A DNA stretch of 64,000 bases from Octopus vulgaris (GCA_951406725.2 OX597824.1:2294001-2358000); one strand, 5' to 3'; numbered from the stretch's first letter, positions 27,461-42,756 are shown. The notes: generated from the sequence alone by a model not told the origin. Made by a program: numbers and translations.

Positions 27461-28545
27461 TCTATGATTCGGAACCATTCCTACATGTGATCGGCTGGAA
27501 AAATTATTAGATATTACGATATTTCTATTAGCATGAAACCAACGGTAGCCTTAATACACCAATGCTCTGTTGAGCACTCATTCTTGTTGTTCGACATTTA
27601 CATGTGTGTGTTTGTATGTGTGTGTGTGTATGTGTATGATCATGTTAAAATAGATACATAGATAAATTAGCAAGAAAAAACTATTTAATTTCTATCCAAA
27701 AACCTATCTAGTGAACAATTTGAAATTTTCATCGACGAAAGAGTGGCACGCGGTTTGATCACATTAACTATGAGAATATTGCACCGAATTGCCCTTCATA
27801 ATGCATTGTATCGTCTTAATTGATGAAGGACCTATTGGACGATCTAGTGAAAGACATGCAAAAAGGCACAGGAAGATTCATAGTTTTAATGGAGTAAGAT
27901 TGAAGTTATCTAGCATCAGTATTGTACATTACTGAAAATAGTTTCAGTCAACAAAGAATATTTAACATTATCGTTCGATGTGTTAATATCCGCAGTTAAA
28001 TCGCATGCGATTTCCACTCCTTCACTCTACACTTTGCCGTTTTAAATACGGAGATATGGGATGTAATAATCTGAAGTCTACTATTTTGTGAATAAATCTA
28101 CAGGAGGATCACAGCTCAATTGTTTTGAACATATATTTTCATTATCAGAAAATAACTCAGGGCTAAGCAACAAAAACAAGAACACTAGCAGCAGGTCTAC
28201 TATGAGAATGGGAGTTGCTGTGAAAATGTATTTCGGTGTTTGCCAAAGAAATAAATATAAACAAATTACAAGATTAATCTTCTCAGTGTGAAATATAGTT
28301 AACAACTCGGCATGCATTGTTATATTAATATTAAAATTGATACCAGAAAGTCCATATTGCGTTAGAAAGGCGAGTTAATATTAAATCCATACAGGATCAG
28401 CTTTCAGCCTCACATATATACGTTGATGTATACTCCATCACCACAACTACCGACACCAGAAGAAACAACAACACCAGTAGTAACAATAATAAAAGGAAAA
28501 ACAACACCTCCTGCTACAGTGGTCTTATCAAGATCAGTTTCATTG

Positions 28546-28614
<69 letters not shown>

Positions 28615-28615
<1 letters not shown>

Positions 28616-29185
28616 GAGTGAGAGAGCAATGCATGCTATCAAAGTGACATTGGAGTAAAATATACGAAGCCCAGTATACCCATCATGACTACCCGTCTAA
28701 TAAGTGTACACCAGGCACATGTATTACAAACATATGTGAGCAATGTGGTAATTTCAAATGAAGATAAATGGCGCATGAGCTTGCAGGTGGGGCCCCAGTT
28801 AGAATTATCTGCAGGTCGAATAGCCAATCCTGCTCAAATAAGCCCATTCCGCTCTGAATAAGGGTTGTTTAAGGATGTTGAACACAGCACTCATGTTTCC
28901 AAAGGTGAATTATCAAAAACACAAAGAATTCCTCGCAACAAATGGCTATAAAGCTCCCCCTACTACTTCACTTCTGCTCGGGATCAGAGATGCACATATC
29001 GTCAGCCACTAAGGGACATGCTCAACTGGTTACGGTCAAACAACTGACAAGCAAATCTGTGGTATTGAGCAGAATATTTGCTGTAGCCCATCTTTTATAC
29101 CAAAACAAAACAATGTACATGATAACACTTCCAATCAGCTAACATCAAAAGCCATGAAAACACGTGCCTGGTACTGCATCAGGGC

Positions 29186-29186
<1 letters not shown>
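28615..29186. mobile_element. ~570-bp non-coding interspersed element embedded in (TTA)n; duplicate at 39160-39731
   Basis: Sharp boundaries against long TTA arrays on both sides; TG...CA ends; no credible ORF. Confidence 0.6.
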
Positions 29187-29255
<69 letters not shown>

Positions 29256-29292
29256 ATTATTATTATTATTATTATAATTATCATTATTTATA

Positions 29293-29670
<378 letters not shown>

Positions 29671-29689
29671 TATAATTATTATTATTATT

Positions 29690-30252
29690 GAGTAATCTTA
29701 ATTTTATCACATGCTTTCACTTCACTACCGAGCGCAGCTCTGTGTGCCTTGGGTATGTGCTGTGATTTGTTGTGATGCTCGTATGGTTACTGTATTTAAA
29801 GTGTCTTAAGTAGGATGTGTGCGGTACTTAGCAGTGCTATTTTTTCTGTATTTGTCTGAATATTTTTTTTAATAATACCTAATGCGCCTACTATCATAGG
29901 AATTGTTTCTGCTTTTAGATTCCACATTCGAGTTACCTCTATTTCCAGGTCTTTGTATTTTGAAAGTTTCTCTATTTCTTTTAGAGACACGTTGTCATCT
30001 GCTGGTATTGATACATCGATTAGAAAGCATTTTTTCTTCAAGATCTCTATCTGGCCTATTGGCCTTAACTTCTCTATCTGTGTGTATTGGCATATCCCAT
30101 AGTATTGTTGCTTTCTCATTTTCTGCGACCTTTTCTGGCGTGTGTTTATACCATCTTTTTTTCTGTTGTTATTCCATAATGTTGGCGTAGCTTCCAGTGT
30201 ATGTAGGTCCCAACTCTGTCGTGTCTGTGAATATATTTCTTCTTAGCCAGGA
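29690..30252 (-). mobile_element. Short 5'-truncated, decayed D1 copy (RLE C-terminus + 3' UTR)
   Basis: Aligns to 30375-30992; fragments LAKKKYIHRHDRVGTYIHWKL and FLIDVSIPADDNVSLKEIEKLSKYKDL; frameshifts and small internal deletions. Confidence 0.9.
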
Positions 30253-30306
30253 TTATTATTATTATTATTATTATTATTATCATCATCATCATCATCATCA
30301 TCATCA

Positions 30307-30352
<46 letters not shown>

Positions 30353-30374
30353 TATTATTATTATTATTATTATT

Positions 30375-32234
30375 CAGTAGTTTTATTTTTATTTTTATAG
30401 CGTGCTTTCACTTCACTACCGAGCACAGCTCTGTGTGCCTTGGGTATGTGCTGTGATTTGTTGTGATGCCCTGATGGTTATTGTATGGAAAGTGTTCTGC
30501 GTAGGATGTGTGCAGTGCCTAGTAGTGCAATTTTCTGTATGTTATATGTGTTTGTAAGTCCTGGTGTTTTTGTTATGTATTTGTCTGAATATTTTTTTAT
30601 CATGCCTAATGCACCTACTATGATAGGAATTGTTTCTGTTTTCAGATTCCACATTCTAGTTACCTCTATTTCCAGGTCTTTGTATTTTGAGAGTTTCTCC
30701 ATTTCTTTTAGAGACACGTTGTCATCTGCCGGTACTGATACATCAATTAGAAAGCATTTTTTTTTTCCTTCATGGTCTCTGACAACTATATCTGGTCTGT
30801 TGGCCTTAATTTCTCTATCTGTGTGTATCGGCATATCCCAGAGTATGGTTGCTTTCTCGTTTTCTGTGACCTTTTCTGGTGTGTGCCTATACCATCTTTT
30901 TTCTGTTGTTATTCCATAATGTTGGCATAGCTTCCAATGTATGTAAGTTCCAACTCTGTCATGTCTGTGAATATATTCCTTCTTAGCCAGGACTGGGCAG
31001 CTAGAGATAATATGATTTATTGTTTCTTGTCCATCTCCACATATTCTGCAGTTACTTGTAATATTTCTTTTCATTACATGTTTTTGGTAATTTCTGGTGG
31101 GGAGGCTTTGGTCTTGTGCTGCAATTAAAAATCCCTCTGTTTCTGCTTTGAGTCCTGAGCTTCTCAACCATTGCTGGGATTTTTCTTTGTCTATTTCTTT
31201 TGCGTTTAGTTTAGTCCAGTATTTACCATGAAGGGGCTTTTCTTGCCATCGTTTTATCATGGTTCTTTGCTGTTCTATTTTTAGTTTGGATTTCATTTTT
31301 TTTATAGCTTTTGTTGTTTCTTCATCTTCTTCTTCTTCTCCATGTTTATTAGGTGGTATGATTTCTCGTTTGTATTTGTCAGCTTCCTTAAATACTGAGA
31401 ACAGTTTTTTGTTTTGCTCGTGTTTTGCCGCTATCTGGATCAGTTTTCCTTCCTTCTGAAGTAGATATTTTTGCAGTCCTATGGTGGTTATTTTATAGTA
31501 GTTTTCCAGCTGTATAAGGCCTCTACCACCTTCTATACGTTGTATATATAGTCTTTCTATGTCAGATTTTGGGTGATGCATCCTAGATCCTGTCATTATT
31601 TTTCTTGTTTTCCTGTCTATTTTGGTCAGTTCATTTCGTGTCCAGTTAAGGATATTGTAGCTGTAACTTATAACTGGGACAGCTAAAGTGTTGATACCTA
31701 TTATCTTGTTTTTAGCATTGAGCTCTGTGTTTAGTATTGATCTAACTCGTCTATAATATTCTTTTTTTATTTTCTCTTTCATTTGTGTGTGTTGTGTCTT
31801 ATCTAGTTCATGGATTCCTAAGTATTTGTAAGTTTGGCTTTGGTCTAATTCTTTTATTTCATTTGCTTCATCTAGTGTGATGTTGTTACTCTTAACTAGT
31901 TTTCCTCTTTTCATGGTTACTTTGGCGCATTTTTCTAATCCAAATTTCATATCTATTTCTTTGGTAAATCCATGAACTGTCTTTAATAGTGTTTCCAGCT
32001 GTTTGTCATTTGCAGCGTATAGTTTTAGGTCATCCATATATAAAAGGTGGCTGATCGTTTGGCCGTAACATTTATATCCGCATCCAGTTCTATTTAGCAT
32101 ATCAGATAGAGGTGACAGTGCTAAGCAGAAAAGGAGTGGAGAGAGCGTATCTCCCTGGAATATTCCTCTTCTAATGGGGATGTCTTTTGTTTTCATGAGT
32201 CCCTCTTTTGTTTGGAGGTGTAGGACTGTTTGCC

Positions 32235-32238
<4 letters not shown>
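30375..32238 (-). mobile_element. R4/Dong-like RLE non-LTR element (subfamily D1, long copy) with ~100-nt 3' UTR, flanked by (AAT)n on both sides
   Basis: Contains the ORF above. 3' UTR 30375-30477 is shared with the copy at 29690. Both ends abut TTA arrays on the plus strand. Confidence 0.9.
30478..32238 (-). CDS. 5'-truncated non-LTR retrotransposon ORF (C-terminal part of RT, CCHC zinc knuckle, restriction-like endonuclease), R4/Dong-like, 586 aa uninterrupted
   Basis: RT motifs RRGIFQGDTLSPLLF, HLLYMDDLKLY, FGLEKC, YKYLG and ERLY..RIEGGRGL; CCHC CRICGDGQETINHIISSC; RHD; RLE core RPDIVV..FLIDVSVP..EKLSKYKDL. The poly-N N-terminus of ORF 30478..32571 is just the flanking (AAT)n. Confidence 0.93.
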
Positions 32239-32271
<33 letters not shown>

Positions 32272-32288
32272 ATTATTATTATTATTAA

Positions 32289-32403
<115 letters not shown>

Positions 32404-32426
32404 GTTATTATTAATATTATTATTAA

Positions 32427-32487
<61 letters not shown>

Positions 32488-32514
32488 GTTATTGTTGTTG
32501 TTGTTGTTGTTGTT

Positions 32515-32637
32515 GTTAGGACGCCGGGTGAAATGCTTAGCGGCATTGCATAAGGCCTTGCGTAAACCCATTGTCCCTCGTCCGTGTATCGTTTTCTATG
32601 TTTTGCGTTCGGCCCTGGTGGCCAATAAAGAAATTAT
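32515..32637 (+). mobile_element. Internally deleted S1-like SINE; duplicate at ~43000-43122
   Basis: GCCGGGTGAAATGCTTAGCGG head and CCCTGGTGGCCAATAAAGAAA tail. Confidence 0.6.
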
Positions 32638-32655
32638 CATTATTATTAGTAGCAT

Positions 32656-32695
<40 letters not shown>

Positions 32696-33168
32696 CATTA
32701 CTGTATTTTTACTGCATTAAGTTATTGTTGCTATCAATAGTGAGTTTAGATTGTATCTTTATAGGATCGTATACGATGAAAACTTTCGCCAAAACCTGCG
32801 CCGCCACCATCGACAAAAGCAACAGCCACACGAATAAGAGCAAACATTAAAAAACAACAACAGAAAAAACAAGCAAAGTGGTTGTATCAACTTTACCATT
32901 GTCAGTGTCACTATATTACCCTTTATCATCATCATCATCATCATCATTATCATCATCATCAAGTCTTAACAACATCATCGTTTGTGCACTTTTGCTATTT
33001 GAACGTATGTTGTTGTTGTTGTTGTTGTTGTTATCCAATCATGGAGTGTCCCTGTTTGTTTTGTATTTATGCGTGATCTGTGTAGGAGACATTTTGTCCC
33101 GATTCAATTACCATTGTCTTGGAAAATGAATTCTCACTCTTTTAAGCCACCAGATATAAACACAGACA

Positions 33169-33212
<44 letters not shown>

Positions 33213-33930
33213 TACACACACACGCACTCACCCACACCCACACACACAATCAGCCACAACAAAAAAGCATTTCGATACAAAGGTTGGGAAAAGAAAGGTA
33301 AAAATCAAAGACGAAACGTAAATAAAAGATCAGTTATGTTAACCTTTTGCTACTTACGCATAGAAAACCAAACATATTATTACTAAGAGAGCGAAAATGT
33401 AACAAAACCATCACAAAAAAACAAAACAAAAATAAAAAAAGTCATCGCAAATGGATGTCTTAATCTTTTGTAGATGTTCGCCATTTTAGATACTCTCTGA
33501 CATTTAATAACAAACAAGGCTTCTAATGAATGCTTTGACGAGGTCATGCGCAAATCTAATAAACTATGACGTGATTTTAGTTATTCTGATAAGTTAATTG
33601 TATTACGGCAAAACGCAAATTACTGGGCAACAAGTCGGTGGGAGACTCAGAAATACCCGTGCGTACGTGCGTTGAAAGAAATGCGCGGGTTTATATGCAC
33701 AGATATAGGCATAACAAACGATTATTCATTATAAGGGAAATATAAGTATAACACACAGTTAAGCAGACGTGTTTACGTAATTATATTTTTCGTTATATGA
33801 GACTGTATTAGTGGATGAAAATGTACGTTCGGAACTACACAAACACACATTCATAATTATACAGGTATAAAACATCAATAAACTCATCTATTTACAAAGA
33901 TTCACACACATACATCTACATAAATATATT

Positions 33931-33972
<42 letters not shown>

Positions 33973-35163
33973 TGTTGCTTTTAGTTGTTTTTTTCAATTA
34001 TAGAAAGTCATTTTACATTATTCTGATAGGTTACACTATATTTTTGTAGAGTACAAATTTATTTTTCTTCAACAAGACGATAGCTTTATTAGCCGAAACT
34101 TCGAACTCACTGTTAATAATGTTCTTGGAGAAATTCTATGGACATATGGTAATTTATTAATTATTTAATTAACATTGCTTACAATTGTTTCACTACGCAC
34201 CCAGTTTAAATTACAAAACATAATAAGTTTTCATTTTCAGTAGTCTGGGTGGGAGTCTTCTGGTTTAAATGGTCATTGCAGAGCTTACATTTTGATCCAC
34301 TGAAATACTCCAACAGACTCTCTATATACATTTATAGCTGTCCCAAATCATCCACAAGAGACTACCTTCCATGAGATATCGCAGGAAGTCTCTTGTGCTA
34401 CAAGCAAAATAGCTGTTCCAACTATCTTACGAAAGGTCCACAGAACCAAAAGTTACTCGTACCTCCAAGAAAACAGTACGGTTCAAAGCATTCCAAATAG
34501 ATTAATAAATACATAAATGCATAAAAGACTGACACCACCCCATTGTGGGCATATAATGCCAGGTATATAATTGTATGCGGCAAGGAGGGAAAGTGGCGCA
34601 CCATTGGTAGAAATCGACCTCTCAGGGGATGTGGTGGCTGTTTCGTCATAGACTGGGGATGCAGAAAGCCTGTATGGGGAAGTGATGAGAAAACTTCAAC
34701 TCTTATATTCAGACGATAGATTCTCGTTTGATTCTGTTACCGTAGGTGAACTGGATTTTCCGGGAAACGTAGAAATGCTTGGTTTCTCTAAAATAGAAAA
34801 AGGACAGATTGATTCCTATTCTCTCGATGCAATCAATCAGAAGAACAGCGGAAATTGGTAAGAAACATTTCAGTATTCTCCATTTGGGATCCCACATGAA
34901 CATAAGAACACAGATATAAGTAGGGAATACATATACATCCTCACACATAAACGGTAATGTAACATACACACTTGTATTACGAGGGCAGATGTCTTATGCA
35001 CACGTATATGCATGCAACGACTAATTCAGGTAACAACAAACACCAAGATCTGTCTAAACTTAAGAGCATTGTCAGGTCCTTAGGGACCAGTTAGAATACT
35101 ACAAAGGCAAAAATTTTAAATATATCTTATGGCATACAGATATATATATATCCATGCATAGAA

Positions 35164-35460
<297 letters not shown>

Positions 35461-36038
35461 GGCTTGCTCGCTTACAGAATCTGCTGTAAATATCTTCAAT
35501 GTACTAATTGCAAACAGGACATGATATTGTTACTAAAATAATGTACGATACCAGTCAGAAATAAAAAAAAAATGTACTCGGATAAATATAGAAAATACCT
35601 TTGTTATTGAATACATGAATAAACACCAATACAAAGAATATTGGAGGAACATTCTCATAAAAAATTGTACTCAGCGAAAATACAACAGGGCAGATAAAGT
35701 GGCTGGGGAGAGTGAAAAGCATAAGTATGTACCATCGTCACTTGCGATGCTGATGTGAATATATATATGGACAACTACTTGGAAACATTCAGCTTCTATA
35801 CTTAGATTATAAATTCGCATTTCTCCCCAATAACTTTGATAGTAAATACCTAAGGGTTCATCTTGAAGATATCGCGTTCTCAGAAGAATTTCAACAAGCT
35901 AACACGAACAACGTCGCTGTTTTCTCTTGTATTACAAATGCAGTAAACTTGCAATGATGACGGCCTGCAGTGCGTAGGGGACTAGAGTTCTGAATGCAAG
36001 TGTTCCATATTTGAAACATTTAGCAGATGTGTGTGTGT

Positions 36039-36138
36039 NNNNNNNNNNNNNNNNNNNNNNNNNNNNNNNNNNNNNNNNNNNNNNNNNNNNNNNNNNNNNN
36101 NNNNNNNNNNNNNNNNNNNNNNNNNNNNNNNNNNNNNN
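36039..36138. other. Assembly gap (100 N)
   Basis: Exactly 100 Ns, the usual placeholder for a gap of unknown size. Confidence 0.99.
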
Positions 36139-39093
36139 CATTGCTTATAATTTCACAACCTGCTTCTAAAAACTAACTCGTTTGTCAATATTTTACTCTT
36201 TTTACTTTTTACGCCTAGCTTTTATCTACGACGAGATTGAATAGAATTCTACCACCAAGTGAATTTCCCAAATAACGTTCTGTTATTCAGTGCTTAATGT
36301 TATTTGTCTTTTATACCACAGATCCGATATATCATAATCCAGAATTTGTTTTCTACTTTACATACGTTTCGCAATACAACAGACTTTCCTAAGACACACA
36401 AAATAAAAATAAGTTATCAGGCAAAAGAGAGAGCGTAAATATTTTCTAAGCTGACGATGTGTTAATTTCTCTAGAGAAGTCATTTTAGATTGTTTTACTT
36501 TTCTATCATGATGATGATGATGATGATGATGATAGCCACCGACGACGATGATGATGATGATGATGATGATGATGATAGTAATAATAAGATATACACAAAT
36601 GGTTGAAGGAGATTGGAATAGAATGGCCTGTAGACCGTCTACAGAACGTTTGCACCATAGGGACAGGAAGAATTATTAAGAAGATCTTAAGCAATTAAAA
36701 GGCTAATGAAAGATAGTGGATAGCTAAGGTTATAGGCAATAATCCGCTACACACCGGGAGAACCGGAATCGAATTAATATCAATAATAGACTTTTACTAC
36801 CGGCGCACATTCCTAGACGTAAGTCTATGTTACAAAATGGTTTAGAAACATCTTTTGAAAGATAAATAAAATTAAAATGTGGCAGTTTTGGCGCCATGTA
36901 ATGTGTAGGGACATTACGTTTCACTTTATACAAGTGAATATAAAATTTACTCATAAATAAAAGAACGCGAAGTATAATTCTTTTCTACTCTAGGCACAAG
37001 GCCCGAAATTTTGGGTAAATGGGCCAATCGATTAAATCAACCCCAGTACGCAACTCGTAAATAATTTATCGACCCCGAAAGGATGAAAGTCAAAGTCGAC
37101 CTCGGTGGAATTTGAACTCAGAACATAACACAGATGAAATACCTATTTCTTTACTATCCACAAGGGGCCAAACACAGAGAGAACAAACAAGAACAGACAA
37201 ACGGATTAAGTCGATTATATTGAACCCAGTGCGTAACTGGTACTTATTTAATCGACTCCGAAAGGATGAAAGGCAAAGTCGACTTCGGCGGAATTTGAAC
37301 TCAAAACGTAACGGCAGACGAAATACGACTACGCATTTCGCCTGGCGTGCTAACGTTTCTGCCAGCTCGCCGCCTTACGCGAAGTATAATTCTAAAGAAG
37401 CAAGGCTAAACTCACCCATAAACACACACGCACAATATATACGAAATCAACACAAAATGTCTTCACATTTGGCTGCATGAAGAATCAAAGAGACGTTTTT
37501 GACATGAGTCAAAACCCATGAGGAAACGGAGACAACGGTTTGTCACGAGGTGTGTTTACTGAGATTGTTTGAAGAAATTACCCAGCATTGTGTGAGGGGT
37601 AGGGCGGAAACCTGCTTCGTAGAGGCCAGATGAGGGTGCCGTGTCCCTTGAAGGAAAAGTTCAAATTAAATTAAAACGATGCACAGCGTCAGAAGTTTTA
37701 CGTTGATAGAGTAGGGCATACTCAAACTAGTCTAGTCTTATATGTGTGTGCATGTGTATGCGTGCGAATGTAGGTGTGTTTGTGTGTGTATGTGCATTAG
37801 TTGTTAGAGTGCCTGCCTCGTCATTGTGCTTTCGATTCCTGAAACGAGCAACGCAGTGTGTTCTTGAGCCAAATTCTTCATTTCACGTTGCTCCAGTTAA
37901 GGCGGCTAGCAAAAGCGAGTAATCTCGCGACGGACCGGCGTCCCGTCCTGCGAGCAATATATGCGCCACCGAAACTGAGAAACCTGCCTTATGAGTCTAT
38001 AAGATTCTATGATTCGGAACCATTCCTACATATGTGATCGGCTGGAAAAATTATTAGATATTACGATATTTCTATTAGCATGAAACCAACGGTAGCCTTA
38101 ATACACCAATGCTCTGTTGAGCACTCATTCTTCTTGTTCGACATTTACATGTGTGTGTTTGTATGTGTGTGTGTGTATGTGTATGATCATGTTAAAATAG
38201 ATACATAGATAAATTAGCAAGAAAAAACTATTTAATTTCTATCCAAAAACCTATCTAGTGAACAATTTGAAATTTTCATCGACGAAAGAGTGGCACGCGG
38301 TTTGATCACATAAACTATGAGAATATTGCACTGAATTGCCCTTCATAATGCATTGTATCGTCTTAATTGATGAAGGACCTATTGGACGATCTAGTGAAAG
38401 ACATGCAAAAAGGCACAGGAAGATTCATAGTTTTAATGGAGTAAGATTGAAGTTATCTAGCATCAGTATTGTACATTACTGAAAATAGTTTCAGTCAACA
38501 AAGAATATTTAACATTATCGTTCGATGTGTTAATATCCGCAGTTAAATCGCATGCGATTTCCACTCCTTCATTCTACACTTTGCCGTTTTAAATACGGAG
38601 ATATGGGATGTAATAATCTGAAGTCTACTATTTTGTGAATAAATCTACAGGAGGATCACAGCTCAATTGTTTTGAACATATATTTTCAATATCAGAAAAT
38701 AACTCAGGGCTAAGCAACAAAAACAAGAATACTAGCAGCAGGTCTACTATGAGAATGGGAGTTGCTGTGAAAATGTATTTCGGTGTTTGCCAAAGAAATA
38801 AATATAAACAAATTACAAGATTAATCTTCTCAGTGTGAAATATAGTTAACAACTCGGCATGCATTGTTATATTAATATTAAAATTGATACCAGAAAGTCC
38901 ATATTGCGTTAGAAAGGCGAGTTAATATTAAATCCATACAGGATCAGCTTTCAGCCTCACATATATACGTTGATGTATACTCCATCACCACAACTACCGA
39001 CACCAGAAGAAACAACAACACCAGTAGTAACAATAATAAAAGGAAAAACAACACCTCCTGCTACAGTGGTCTTATCAAGATCAGTTTCATTGC

Positions 39094-39160
<67 letters not shown>

Positions 39161-39730
39161 GAGTGAGAGAGCAATGCATGCTATCAAAGTGACATTGGAG
39201 TAAAATATACGAAGCCCAGTATACCCATCATGACTACCCGTCTAATAAGTGTACACCAGGCACATGTATTACAAACATATGTGAGCAATGTGGTAATTTC
39301 AAATGAAGATAAATGGCGCATGAGCTTGCAGGTGGGGCCCCAGTTAGAATTATCTGCAGGTCGAATAGCCAATCCTGCTCAAATAAGCCCATTCCGCTCT
39401 GAATAAGGGTTGTTTAAGGATGTTGAACACAGCACTCATGTTTCCAAAGGTGAATTATCAAAAACTCAAAGAATTCCTCGCAACAAATGGCTATAAAGCT
39501 CCCCCTACTACTTCACTTCTGCTCGGGATCAGAGATGCACATATCGTCAGCCACTAAGGGACATGCTCAACTGGTTACGGTCAAACAACTGACAAGCAAA
39601 TCTGTGGTATTGAGCAGAATATTTGCTGTAGCCCATCTTTTATACCAAAACAAAACAATGTACATGATAACACTTCCAATCAGCTAACATCAAAAGCCAT
39701 GAAAACACGTGCCTGGTACTGCATCAGGGC

Positions 39731-39800
<70 letters not shown>

Positions 39801-39825
39801 ATTATTATTATTATTATTATAATTA

Positions 39826-39944
<119 letters not shown>

Positions 39945-40177
39945 ATCGCCGAGCTGGCAGAATCGTTAGCACGCTGGACGAAATGCTTAGCGGTATTTCG
40001 TCTCCTGCTATGTTCTGAGTTCAAATTCTGCTGGAGTCGACTTTAGCTTTCATCCTTTCGGGGTCGATATGATTTAGTACCAGTTAAGCACTGAGATAGA
40101 TGTACTTGACTTAATCCCTTCCCCAAATTTGAGGCCTTGTGCTTCCAGTAGAAAGTATTATAATTATTATTATTATT

Positions 40178-40740
40178 GAGTAATCTTAATTTTATCACAT
40201 GCTTTCACTTCACTACCGAGCGCAGCTCTGTGTGCCTTGGGTATGTGCTGTGATTTGTTGTGATGCTCGTATGGTTACTGTATTTAAAGTGTCTTAAGTA
40301 GGATGTGTGCGGTACTTAGCAGTGCTATTTTTTCTGTATTTGTCTGAATATTTTTTTTAATAATACCTAATGCGCCTACTATCATAGGAATTGTTTCTGC
40401 TTTTAGATTCCACATTCGAGTTACCTCTATTTCCAGGTCTTTGTATTTTGAAAGTTTCTCTATTTCTTTTAGAGACACGTTGTCATCTGCTGGTATTGAT
40501 ACATCGATTAGAAAGCATTTTTTCTTCAAGATCTCTATCTGGCCTATTGGCCTTAACTTCTCTATCTGTGTGTATTGGCATATCCCATAGTATTGTTGCT
40601 TTCTCATTTTCTGCGACCTTTTCTGGCGTGTGTTTATACCATCTTTTTTTCTGTTGTTATTCCATAATGTTGGCGTAGCTTCCAGTGTATGTAGGTCCCA
40701 ACTCTGTCGTGTCTGTGAATATATTTCTTCTTAGCCAGGA
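40178..40740 (-). mobile_element. Duplicate of the short D1 copy
   Basis: Matches 29690-30252. Confidence 0.88.
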
Positions 40741-40754
40741 TTATTATTATTATT

Positions 40755-40840
<86 letters not shown>

Positions 40841-40862
40841 TATTATTATTATTATTATTATT

Positions 40863-42719
40863 CAGTAGTTTTATTTTTATTTTTATAGCGTGCTTTCACT
40901 TCACTACCGAGCACAGCTCTGTGTGCCTTGGGTATGTGCTGTGATTTGTTGTGATGCCCTGATGGTTATTGTATGGAAAGTGTTCTGCGTAGGATGTGTG
41001 CAGTGCCTAGTAGTGCAATTTTCTGTATGTTATATGTGTTTGTAAGTCCTGGTGTTTTTGTTATGTATTTGTCTGAATATTTTTTTATCATGCCTAATGC
41101 ACCTACTATGATAGGAATTGTTTCTGTTTTCAGATTCCACATTCTAGTTACCTCTATTTCCAGGTCTTTGTATTTTGAGAGTTTCTCCATTTCTTTTAGA
41201 GACACGTTGTCATCTGCCGGTACTGATACATCAATTAGAAAGCATTTTTTTTCCTTCATGGTCTCTGACAACTATATCTGGTCTGTTGGCCTTAATTTCT
41301 CTATCTGTGTGTATCGGCATATCCCAGAGTATGGTTGCTTTCTCGTTTTCTGTGACCTTTTCTGGTGTGTGCCTATACCATCTTTTTTCTGTTGTTATTC
41401 CATAATGTTGGCATAGCTTCCAATGTATGTAAGTTCCAACTCTGTCATGTCTGTGAATATATTCCTTCTTAGCCAGGACTGGGCAGCTAGAGATAATATG
41501 ATTTATTGTTTCTTGTCCATCTCCACATATTCTGCAGTTACTTGTAATATTTCTTTTCATTACATGTTTTTGGTAATTTCTGGTGGGAGGCTTTGGTCTT
41601 GTGCTGCAATTAAAAATCCCTCTGTTTCTGCTTTGAGTCCTGAGCTTCTCAACCATTGCTGGGATTTTTCTTTGTCTATTTCTTTTGCGTTTAGTTTAGT
41701 CCAGTATTTACCATGAAGGGGCTTTTCTTGCCATCGTTTTATCATGGTTCTTTGCTGTTCTATTTTTAGTTTGGATTTCATTTTTTTTATAGCTTTTGTT
41801 GTTTCTTCATCTTCTTCTTCTTCTCCATGTTTATTAGGTGGTATGATTTCTCGTTTGTATTTGTCAGCTTCCTTAAATACTGAGAACAGTTTTTTGTTTT
41901 GCTCGTGTTTTGCCGCTATCTGGATCAGTTTTCCTTCCTTCTGAAGTAGATATTTTTGCAGTCCTATGGTGGTTATTTTATAGTAGTTTTCCAGCTGTAT
42001 AAGGCCTCTACCACCTTCTATACGTTGTATATATAGTCTTTCTATGTCAGATTTTGGGTGATGCATCCTAGATCCTGTCATTATTTTTCTTGTTTTCCTG
42101 TCTATTTTGGTCAGTTCATTTCGTGTCCAGTTAAGGATATTGTAGCTGTAACTTATAACTGGGACAGCTAAAGTGTTGATACCTATTATCTTGTTTTTAG
42201 CATTGAGCTCTGTGTTTAGTATTGATCTAACTCGTCTATAATATTCTTTTTTTATTTTCTCTTTCATTTGTGTGTGTTGTGTCTTATCTAGTTCATGGAT
42301 TCCTAAGTATTTGTAAGTTTGGCTTTGGTCTAATTCTTTTATTTCATTTGCTTCATCTAGTGTGATGTTGTTACTCTTAACTAGTTTTCCTCTTTTCATG
42401 GTTACTTTGGCGCATTTTTCTAATCCAAATTTCATATCTATTTCTTTGGTAAATCCATGAACTGTCTTTAATAGTGTTTCCAGCTGTTTGTCATTTGCAG
42501 CGTATAGTTTTAGGTCATCCATATATAAAAGGTGGCTGATCGTTTGGCCGTAACATTTATATCCGCATCCAGTTCTATTTAGCATATCAGATAGAGGTGA
42601 CAGTGCTAAGCAGAAAAGGAGTGGAGAGAGCGTATCTCCCTGGAATATTCCTCTTCTAATGGGGATGTCTTTTGTTTTCATGAGTCCCTCTTTTGTTTGG
42701 AGGTGTAGGACTGTTTGCC

Positions 42720-42723
<4 letters not shown>
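40863..42723 (-). pseudogene. Duplicate of the long D1 copy, split by two homopolymer frameshifts
   Basis: Near-identical to 30375-32238; ORF pieces 41560..43056, 41231..41656, 40966..41271; G4->G3 near 41585 and T10->T8 near 41245. Confidence 0.88.

Positions 42724-42756
<33 letters not shown>

Noticed and set aside
27848-27858. TGAAAGACATG (miR-71-like start); also TGCATAGTCACA (miR-153-like) near 62877
   Set aside because: Matches stop after 11-12 nt and there is no precursor hairpin.
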